DNA of 58,482 nt from Macrostomum lignano (lineage: Eukaryota). Each line of letters begins with the position of its first letter. Position 1 is the stretch's first letter. The DNA is taken from positions 1-58,482 of the forward strand of contig NIVC01004139.1 in NCBI GenBank assembly GCA_002269645.1, in the 5' to 3' direction. Below, piece after piece: positions 12,501 to 21,717 of the stretch. Below the pieces are notes generated by a model that was given only the letters and a program-made list of their open reading frames with translations, ran no database searches and was not told the origin of the DNA. A program made the translations under genes and the position numbers.

Positions 12501-14446
12501 GACTACCCAATGACCGAATGAGAGGTGAGAGAGTGACTACCCAATGACCGAATGAGGGGTGTGAGAGAGTGACTACCCAATGACCGAATGAGAGGTGAGA
12601 GAGTGACTACCCAATGCCCGAATGAGGGCTGTGAGAGAGTGACTACCCAATGACCGAATGAAAGGTGAGAGAGTGTCTACCCAATGCCCGATTGAGGGCT
12701 GTGAGAGAGTGACTACCCAATGACCGAATGAGGGGTGAGTGTGGCTACCCAATGACCGAATGAGGGGTGAGTGCGGCTACCCAATAAAACTACGACGCAA
12801 GAAACCAGAGCTGACAGAGCATTGTATCCAATTATCAACAGTTCTGCTTACCTGTAAAATCGTCTCAAAATTGAATGTCAATCCGTTCCAAAGCGTGAAT
12901 TCGCCGCTGGCCGCACCAGTAATGAGCCGCCTGCCCTCCGGTGTCCACTGGAAAACAATGAGTTGATTTATGATTTATAATTCCGAAGCATTTTAAGGAA
13001 AGAGACATTTGGATCAGATCATGCTTAGAAAACTTACACAAACCGAGAAAATTGGGCACTTGTTCTTGTTTGTTGAGGTTCGAATGTGCTTAGCGGTGAT
13101 GCAATTCAACGGGCAATCCAGCATGCCCAGAGGCGGCAGAAGCTGTAATACAAAATGTCCAATTAAAATAAAATACAAGAATAGATAAAGAATACAGGTT
13201 TATAGTAAACAAAGGCAATAGTACCTCTCCATGAAACAGGTAGTCCGGTTCAATAAATGGCCTGCTCATTGCGTCTTTGCGGAATAGTCGCTCCTAAAAT
13301 TAAAATTAATGAATTCCGTTTGTGGCTTAAATTAAAGGTTGAGGTGAATTTAAGGTATTAAGGATACTGGCACAATCCCAGGACCTGAAGGAAACGGCAC
13401 CGACACAACCTACAGAGTTAAAGGAAACGACACCGACACAACCTAAGGATCTGAAGGAAACGACACCGACACAACCTAAGGATCTGAAGGAAACGGCACC
13501 GACACAACCTAAGGATCTGAAGGAAACGGCACCGACACAACCTACAGAGTTAAAGGAAACGACACCGACACAACCTAAGGATCTGAAGGAAACGACACCG
13601 ACACAACCTACAGATCTGAAGGAAACGGCACCGACACAACCTAAGGATCTGAAGGAAACGACACCGACACAACCTACAGAGTTGAAGGAAACGGCACCGA
13701 CACAACCTACAGAGTTGAAGGAAACGGCACCGACACAACCTAAGGATCTGAAGGAAACGACACCGACACAACCTACAGAGTTGAAGGAAACGGCACCGAC
13801 ACAACCTACAGAGTTGAAGGAAACGGCACCGACACAACCTAAGGATCTGAAGGAAACGACACCGACACAACCTAAGGATCTGAAGGAAACGACACCGACA
13901 CAACCTAAGGATCTGAAGGAAACGACACCGCACCGACACAACCTACAGAGTTGAAAGAAAAGACACCGACACAACCTAAGGATCTGAAGGAAACGGCACC
14001 GACACAACCTAAGGATCTGAAGGAAACGACACCGACACAACCTACAGAGTTGAATGAAACGGCACCGACACAACCTACAGATTTGAAGGAAACGACAGCG
14101 ACACAACCTAAGGGTTTGAAGGAAACGACACCGACACAACCTAAGGATCTGAAGGAAACGACACCGACACAACCTAAGGATCTGAAGGAAACGGCACCGA
14201 CACAACCTAAGGATCTGAAGGAAACGGCACTGGCACAACCTCAGAAAGTAAAAGTAAAATACAATAACTATTTCCCAACATAAAAGATAAGTGCTAATGA
14301 GAACTTACAGACAGATACTTAAAACTCGAATGATTATAATCAATCGTTTTTCTGAACACAGCTTTCTTGGCTCGTTTGCCATCATATCCAGCTGGAATGT
14401 GCTCGGAGTCATCCATGCCCATTGCAAAGTTGCGCTCTGAATCCAT
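3504..14446 (-). CDS. WDR33: pre-mRNA 3'-end processing protein WDR33 (CPSF subunit, Pfs2 homolog), spliced
   Basis: Exons (minus): 14446-14309, 13293-13225, 13142-13038, 12947-12852, 11845-11694, 10070-9973, 8565-8439, 8036-7692, 7588-7267, 6480-6082, about 3968-3504. All are GT-AG with matching phases. Translation includes [106 protein letters not shown] and [10 protein letters not shown], matching WDR33 as I recall it. The last three exons are low-complexity and less certain. Confidence 0.95.
4040..4360. repeat. Degenerate tandem repeat built on CAGTCTACTCTACCC
   Basis: Recurrent CTACTCTACCC-like motifs in the last WDR33 intron; heavily diverged. Confidence 0.6.
5048..5656. repeat. 22-bp minisatellite (GGGAATGAAGGTTAGGCAACTA), WDR33 intron 10
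   Basis: About 27 near-identical units. Confidence 0.97.
5678..6038. repeat. 20-bp minisatellite (CCAATTGAGACAAACGGAAG), WDR33 intron 10
   Basis: About 18 near-identical units, ending about 40 bp from the splice donor at 6081. Confidence 0.97.
6633..7223. repeat. 29-31-bp minisatellite (GATAATCAAGCAGAGACCCAGTGTATGTCCC), WDR33 intron 9
   Basis: About 19 units; the unit grades from 29 to 31 bp along the array. Confidence 0.97.
8062..8392. repeat. 23-bp minisatellite (GATTCTCTGGTCTGGTTGGGGGC), WDR33 intron 7
   Basis: About 14 units filling most of the 402-bp intron. Confidence 0.97.
8715..9475. repeat. 20-bp minisatellite (CCTGAACAACTTCACCGACA and variants), WDR33 intron 6
   Basis: About 38 units. 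The variant CCTGAACATCTTCATTTATA recurs at 8801, 8961, 9181 and 9441, suggesting higher-order structure. Confidence 0.97.
10498..11185. repeat. 23-bp minisatellite (GAGACCGGATTAAGGGTTGGGCT), WDR33 intron 5
   Basis: About 29 units; the unit contains a telomere-like TTAAGGGTT. Confidence 0.97.
11903..12783. repeat. Compound minisatellite, 27-bp unit switching to a 34-36-bp unit, WDR33 intron 4
   Basis: ATGACCAATTGAATGCGTGGCTACCCA about 12 times, then ATGCCCGAATGAGGGGTGTGAGAGAGTGACTACCCA-type units. Both share CTACCCAATG. Confidence 0.97.
13381..14240. repeat. 33-bp minisatellite (AAGGATCTGAAGGAAACGACACCGACACAACCT), WDR33 intron 1
   Basis: About 26 units in two interspersed variants. Confidence 0.97.
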
Positions 14447-16173
14447 GTTGATGCAGTTGTATTGGCAAACTTGGTTGTTTAATTAATTTACTATTGCCTG
14501 CTAACAATTTCTATCAGTGTCATAGCATGCAACAATTGAGCAGTTTTTTAAAAATATATAGAAACTTTACAGTTTATAATATTTTCCAGTTATTAATTAA
14601 AGCCATTTATTTGGTATAGCTCAATTGAAAAAGTTTAAACAAATCTATAAAAAAGAAAGAAATCAAAGCTACGCATCTTTAAAATAGGCACAACTGTTCC
14701 TATAGGCAATAAACCATTAGAAAAGAAATACTTACATAGCTTCAAATAGATATAATGTAAGATATATATGTAATGTTTTTTTCTTGACTATGGCCTACTA
14801 TCCAACTATAATATGTGGATAGCATTGACAATTTATGTTAATGCTTGAGTCCTAAATTCTAAGGACTTGAGAGCTTTGCTCATTTTGAAACTGGCAACAT
14901 TCATTTTTTTCTACTATCCCAACTATTAAAGAAATAGCTCCAATGGTCTTTTAAATCTTAGTTAAGTAATATTATTAGATACAAGAACTAGATATGTGAA
15001 ATACAAGTTCCTATAACCATATTTGTATTTATAATATGCTTTGTTAAAAAACCTTTATATCTATGACTAACTTTCTATAGCTATATCCATAGCTATAGTA
15101 CTACACTCTCAAATCTATTACATGTAATATGGTATGCTGGAAGAAGTGACCCCCTATAAGCCTATTATATTTTCAAATTTATACTAGAAAACAAATTTAC
15201 TTGTGATATGCCTTTATTATTAATAGATACAATAAAGGATCTTTTTTGTATTGTGACAAAAAGGACATTTTTGCATTGCAACAATAAAAGACTTTTTGCA
15301 TTAGACCTACAACTATAAACAACCCTTTCTTGCAAGTTATGAAATTTCCATCTTTTGTATTCCAATAGCTATGCCATCCAATAGCTTGGTGCCACAATTT
15401 TTTGGAAGATTGGTCCATATCCCAAATATTTTATGTTAACCAATTTTTCATTGCCATTGTATACCAGACTTTTCTAGCATATATATAAGATTTGGGTCTG
15501 GGGCTATGGACTAGGGACCTATATGAACTCTATTTTTATTAATGACAATACATAAAGGATTAAAAATATAAAAAAAGAGATATTGGACATAGAAATTAGT
15601 TAAGTAATAAGAGTTGGGTTTTCTTTTTTGCCAGAGACAAGGTGCAAAATTGCACCCTATGCTTACTTTCAGGGTGCAATTGTAAAGCTCAGAGTGCAAT
15701 TTCTCTTTTTTCTTATTTAAAGGCAGTGGAAATGGGCTTCAATAGAAAAAATGTTATGTGACCACACCTACTAAACTACATCCACTTTTCAATTTCAGAG
15801 TGCAATTTTAAAATTGCTTCCTAATTAATTTGGCAATAAGCTAATATGGTGACAACTGATTTGGCAACAAGTCAATTCTGCGATAGCCAATTTGGCGAAT
15901 GCTAAAGGTTAAAGAAAGCTACAAAACTTATTGAAATTTAACAAATTATCATTTATCCTTGCCATTCAAATAAAGGTAATTTTGTTTTAATCATGCCAAA
16001 TTATAACATATTTTCATGTAGGTGCATAGGGCCTATACACCCCCTAGCTTGGAGTCTTGGATTTGGAGTGAGTACATTTTTAAGTCCAGATGGAATAGGG
16101 ACAACTGTCTCAAAGGCAATCAACCATAAGTTTATATAGTTCATTTGATTAGAAAAAAAATATATATATATAA

Positions 16174-16353
16174 ATTTACTTGTGCCTGACTTTAATAATC
16201 CATGTGTCACAAATTAATGTTGCTGCTGTTTCTTCTAGTATTGCAATATATATATTCCGCTTAATATATTAATATATATATTGCAATACTAGAAGAAACA
16301 GCAGCAACATTAATTTGTGACACATGGATTATTAAAGTCAGGCACAAGTAAAT
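16174..16353. repeat. Perfect inverted repeat, 83-bp arms with a 14-nt spacer
   Basis: 16174-16256 is the exact reverse complement of 16271-16353, checked base by base. Confidence 0.97.
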
Positions 16354-16611
16354 ATAAGAAAGTAAAACTTATAGTAACAGTATCTATTGAAGTTGTCACT
16401 GCAACGATCTAACCTAGTCAAGGTCCTAGTTCATTGTATTATATACCTTATATACATTATATAGGTATATAATGAAAAACAGCCTCTAAGTAGAAAGCAT
16501 CTGCAAACTTGCTATCTGACAGCTTGCTAAGCTGTGGCCTCAAAATCTAGGCCTATGATAATAGCTATAGGTTATGCATAGTGGCACAAGACTAGACAAT
16601 AGTAAGCAACA

Positions 16612-16940
16612 AACATTTATACTCAGCAACATTGAAAAGTCGCCACCTTTTATCCTAGTGAGCCATGTCTTTCGACCAGCATCTATCACCCGGCCAACCA
16701 CTTTGATATTAAAAATTGCTTGAAATTGAAAAAACAATGGAAACCAAGCGGAAGCTTTAATCTATATCCAATCTTTGCCTACTGTTTTTCCCAATCTCTT
16801 GTCACCTAGCCCAGCTTTGTGTTGCATGGCGCAAGTTGTGTCACTCAAAAGTCAATACCATCCTGAGCTAAAATCTTCATTATCAATTGTGCACTAGGCC
16901 TATCAAAGGTGGCGACTTTTTAATATTGAGTATATTTGTT
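16612..16940. mobile_element. MITE-like inverted-repeat element
   Basis: AAAAGTCGCCACCTTT (16635-16650) pairs with AAAGGTGGCGACTTTT (16905-16920), with weaker similarity extending outward (TATACTCA...A). Confidence 0.5.
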
Positions 16941-17897
16941 TTATTATAAGCCTAGTAAAACAATAGTCTCAAATCCGAATAAAAATGTGAACTCAAACGC
17001 AATGCAACCAAATTACTGCCCTGTTTTAACCAAATTACTGCCCCATCATATGTTGCCAAACTGACTAGGCCTATTGCCAAATTGCCTATTGCAAGTCAAC
17101 CTATTGCCTTGGCCTTATTGCCAAATTAACTGGCTTTGTGCACAAAAATAAACCCAGAATAAGACAGTTATTTAAAAAGTATTAGAACCTTATAACAATT
17201 GTTTTGGGCAAAAAATGATCATAGACATAGTGCTTGCTGAAAAAGCTCTATCAGGCCTAGGCAACAGGAAAAATGCCTTACACTTACAAAATGCCTACAA
17301 AATGTTCAAATCAAAATGTTAAACACAAAAGTTTTTAACCTTTTTACTTATTACTTTTTAAAATTAAGGTGTCTTTCTACTCAGGCAAATAAGATTTATT
17401 AAATGGAATAGAAAAAAACTTTGAAAGTCTACATAGTCCGAGAGTCCTTTTTTATTGAAAACAATAATAAGAAAAAGGTTAGACGTATCTGAACAGGCTA
17501 AGCACATTCTTAATCAATAATCGACATTATAAAGATTCAGTCTTAGATGTGAAGTAAATCCAGCAATAACGTATTAAGTAAGTAAAAATAACTGAAATAA
17601 GTAAACATCGATCTTTGTCGCGTTATGACGATGATGATAATTTTCCGTTTAACGTGTCGAAAAATATAGTAAAAACTGCTTTTAAATTTTTATTCACAAA
17701 TTTTCTTGCTATAACAAAAAACAATCAGGACTTAAAAAGATATAATGCTGAATATAAACTAGAAACTGTGCACCAATATTCTAATCTGCTAGGAGCACAA
17801 ACAGGGCAACTCACTTCGCCCTTTTCATTCTTCAATCATTTATTCTTTCACTAGATTTCGAATATTTTTGTCATTTGTGAGCGCCATTCATTTCAAA

Positions 17898-18152
17898 GGG
17901 CCTTTTCATATTACCAATTCCAGAACCAGAATCGGTTCGGAATTCCAAGAAAAACAGCAGTATAACTATTAAACTCTTTTAATATTTGACTGCCTTAGCA
18001 ACCTAACTTAGCACAATTTTTCACTTTTGGCGATTGTCAATCAATAATAAAAACTTTATAGCACGTATCTCCCTCTAGTTATGGAGACAAAAAGTTATAC
18101 TTCACAAATTGGTTCTGGTTCTGGAACCAGAGCAAGCAATATGAAAAGGCCC
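17898..18152. mobile_element. PIF/Harbinger-like MITE
   Basis: Terminal inverted repeat GGGCCTTTTCATATT at 17898-17912 and 18138-18152, internal CCAGAACCAGAA/TTCTGGTTCTGG, and the same 3-bp flank (AAA) on both sides. Confidence 0.6.
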
Positions 18153-18374
18153 AAAGTGGCGGCCTTTGGGTTCGCCAAAATATAAAAATTCTACATTTTT
18201 ATTAATTTTTTATCCTAAATTTTAGTGTGCCTCATTAAGCAATATAATCACTCCCATTATACACTGCGCTCTAAATCTTCGTTGTGAATTTCATATGCTT
18301 TAGAGTAAATTCAAAGGCATTTGTAAAGCAATTGTGTCCACTGTATTGGTTTACGTACGTGTAAAATTTTGGCC

Positions 18375-19503
18375 CAGCAGCGGCGTCGTCGCCATGGATT
18401 TTATGGTGGGGGAAAAAGCCATGAATTTTACATGTACATGTAAATTACTCTATTCCTACATGTACATCATTTGCCAAACGGTGTAATGGTAGTAGCACTC
18501 ATTTTTGCGTCGTAGCAGGCAGGCACTCATTTTGGCGTTGCAGGTGTACTTAATTGGCGCCGCAGGCGCTATATTTGAGCGCCATAAAGCAAAATTTTTG
18601 AATTCCAGAACGGGCCACAGGTGTGGTGAGGGAATTATGCATTATGTTGTACTCACGACTCTCAGGAGGGGTGCGCCTACATGTACGAATGTCAGAGTAG
18701 GCAGGCCTGTGCTGGCCTGCGTCAGGGCGCGAATGTCCGCACGGGACCCTAAGTCTGGGGCGTCAGGACGCACCCAAGTGGCCGGCACACGCGTATAGGG
18801 ACGCTGTGATGTCGACCACCTTCAGCAGGGCGTCAGGGCGCACGAGCTGGCGTCTACGTACAGCGGGCTTACGGTTCAGGGTGGTGCCTGGCTGACTACG
18901 GCCTAGTCCCCCCTTAGTCGGCGTCAGGACACACGGACTGCCCCTGCTACAGCTCGCCCTTGCGCGTGAGGTCAATTAATTGCAGCTGAAGTCTGTTCGC
19001 GGCTGGCAGACCCGACGGTCAATGTTTATTGTTTGTGTGGTAGGGGGGACGGTCTAGAGAAACGGTAGTCGGCGTTCCAGGCCTGCGTTGGAGAGCGCAG
19101 AAAACACACGAGCGGGCAGCCACCCGCCCCGGCCGCGCCTTTAAAGGCCACGACCCACCCGGGCCGGCCCCCCACCCCACCCCCGCCCCACCACCCCAGC
19201 CCAGCCACCCACCGGCCAATCACGGCGCAGCTGGGGGAGGGGCAGCCCGGGGTGAGGGCCAGACAGGGCGGCTCAGCCAACCAGCGCGCAGACAACACAA
19301 TGGCAGCTAAGCGGCTTAAACCGCTGAGCATATAACACCAAAACAAATACGGTATGCCGCGTGGGGGGGGGCAGAGAGTGCACTTTGGCAGGGCAAGCGC
19401 ACGGGCACAATATTTAGAATGGTCCCTCCATATACATGTACGTGTAGCTTTTACTTGGGGGGAACATATCACCCCTGTCAATCCCCCCGTGGCGACGCAT
19501 CTG
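18375..19503. mobile_element. hAT-like non-autonomous element, about 1.1 kb, GC-rich
   Basis: Imperfect terminals CAG..GCGTCGTCGCCATGG and CCGTGGCGACGCATCTG; 8-bp flanks TTTTGGCC (18367-18374) and GTTTGGCC (19504-19511) match at 7 of 8 positions. No transposase ORF. Confidence 0.5.
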
Positions 19504-19887
19504 GTTTGGCCACTTCTGCGCCTTTGCATCAGCCGTCTAATATAATTTACTGGCTTTTTTGCCAGATTATAGTCCGCTTCAAACTTTTGATTTCATTAAT
19601 TTAATCAAATTAATCAATTAACGCATACTGCACTACGTAGTTCAAAGAGTATTGAGTATTGAGTACTAGGCGACCTCAATACTCTCTGACGTAGTCGCTT
19701 TCAAATTATCGCAGTTTTCAGTCTATGGTCGAACTCGCATATGCTGTTTCCGCGCTAGTCTGTGTTAACAATCAAACTTGACGATTACACCATTCACTTT
19801 ACAGTTACCTTGAACTAAGAAGCTTTTAAGCTAAAGGAAAAGCTGATTATTAAAACTGCAACAAAATAGTATATCTGGCTAATCAAT

Positions 19888-20550
19888 ATGCAACAGCCGT
19901 GGAACTACAATCTAGGGTTAAGCTTTCAGTGCGGCGACGGAGCTTACAACGGAGTAGGCTGCGGCGGCAATGAAAACGATGGCTGCGTATCACAGGGAAC
20001 TCAGCAGTACTCCGCCGACTCCGCGTTGATGTTTCCGCAGCAGTTCTACGCCAACGATAGCTTCGGCTCTGATCAATATCAGCAGCAGAACCTGCTGGAG
20101 CAGTTTCAGCTGCAGCCGCAGCAACAGGAGCAGCAGTTTATGTCAGAGATGAATCTGATGACGCCGAATAACTTTATTATGATGCAGCAAGAGCAGCAAG
20201 AGCAGCCTGACGATAATGAGCTACTTGGCGATGGCGGCAGCGGTGGAATGTGCAACGTAATGGGCTGCTGTGGAATGGCACAGTCTGGCGGGTTCGACGG
20301 CATGCAGGCAGGTGGCTGGCCGATGCAGATGCCGATGGCGGCAGGCGACATGCAGTTCGGCATGCAAATGCAGTCTGTCTGTTCGGACGGTGGCGGCTTC
20401 AACAGCGGCTCCGGGATGTGTTGTGGCTTTGGCGGCGACAGTAACGGAGGCAGCTGCAACGGAGGCGAAATGAGCAGCGTCCTGTCCATGCAAGGTTTCG
20501 GCGGCTGTAACCCGTGGCAACGACCCGCGGGCATGCTGCCAGACATCTGA
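19888..20550 (+). CDS. Intronless hypothetical protein, 220 aa, Gln/Gly/Met/Cys-rich and low-complexity
   Basis: Non-repetitive ATG-to-TGA ORF with GC-rich exon-like composition against AT-rich flanks. No recognisable domain. Confidence 0.7.
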   Translation: MQQPWNYNLGLSFQCGDGAYNGVGCGGNENDGCVSQGTQQYSADSALMFPQQFYANDSFGSDQYQQQNLLEQFQLQPQQQEQQFMSEMNLMTPNNFIMMQQEQQEQPDDNELLGDGGSGGMCNVMGCCGMAQSGGFDGMQAGGWPMQMPMAAGDMQFGMQMQSVCSDGGGFNSGSGMCCGFGGDSNGGSCNGGEMSSVLSMQGFGGCNPWQRPAGMLPDI

Positions 20551-21717
20551 TTGGCTGCAAAACTGACGACACAGTCAGGAACTGCTGGCGCGTCTTATAA
20601 AGGAATTATTTATTGTTAAAACTTATCTTTAATTGCGGTGGCCCCCTAACGAGGGAGGTTGATTTTGTGCTCATTTGCAGAAGGTAGAACAAAACCAAAG
20701 ATGCCAAACTAAACTTTAACAAACTTATAACCTTTGTCAATGCAGATGTCCTCAGAAGTACCAGCACGCATATCTTTTTTAAATACAGAAGTATCGCAAA
20801 GTTGCTTTCTCATATGATTGACGTACAATGCACTAAAACATGTATACACTTTTATTACTTTCTTTTTCGCAATCTGAAGGTGTTTTAACTTGTTTTAATA
20901 TACAGAATTATTACATCAATTGCTAAGAATATAGCTACGAACTTGCTTATTTCTTTTTTGCTTTGTTTGTTTGTCTGTTTGGTTTGTTTGATTGTTCGTT
21001 CGTTCGTTCGTCTGCTTGCTTGTTTGCTAGCATTACAAAGTGCTGCTGTTATTTAACAGAAATAAATTAGTTGTACTCAGTATATTGTAATATTGGTGTA
21101 CATAGATAGACAAGGATTCAGTCGTAGAGCAAGAGTAATGTTTGCATAGAACTAAAATGAATATATTTCAATCATACGTAATAGATTATGCCACTCAGGA
21201 ATAACTACCTTGACATTGTGAGGATGATGAAGCGACATCCAGAAGAAAGATTCCAATATAGCCCGTACTTGGCTTGGATGCATATACAGTGTATGCGTTA
21301 TGCACTTATTACAGCTCATATAATAGGTGAAAGTGAGCTACAATAATTCAAGGAACCTCTGCGGAGAATTAACAGCTTCGAAAAGATAGTTTACCAAGTT
21401 CTAGAGTTCAAGTATATCTTCGTTAAAAAGGCAAAATTTCAATCCCAGATTTCCTCTTACAAGTACATAGGCAAGCGCTACGTGTAACGTTATTACTCTG
21501 CTCCATAATTAATCAGCGTAAGGCCATAATGGCCTTACATAACACAGTACGTCAGCTGTTGAATTTAGGGAAAATTCAATTCTCAAATATCGAGCGCAGC
21601 TTCTGATTGATGAAGAAGTTAACATGATGAAGGATTTTGAAATAATCAGACCAGTAAACTTTGGTTAGGAGAGCATATTATAGACTAGAAGCATTTTCAA
21701 CTCTGTCACACTCTCGG

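Larger units (their letters stand above)
15825..17129. mobile_element. Possible non-autonomous DNA transposon with a 16-bp terminal inverted repeat and ATTTGGCAA/TTGCCAAAT subterminal repeats
   Basis: TTAATTTGGCAATAAG (15825-15840) is the exact reverse complement of CTTATTGCCAAATTAA (17114-17129). Related motifs repeat inward at both ends. No target-site duplication identified. Confidence 0.45.

Noticed and set aside
13327-14283. Long mucin-like ([11 protein letters not shown]) and Cys/Arg-rich ORFs on both strands
   Set aside because: They are translations of the 33-bp array inside WDR33 intron 1. There is no ATG or signal peptide, and the frame breaks at a small duplication near 13930.
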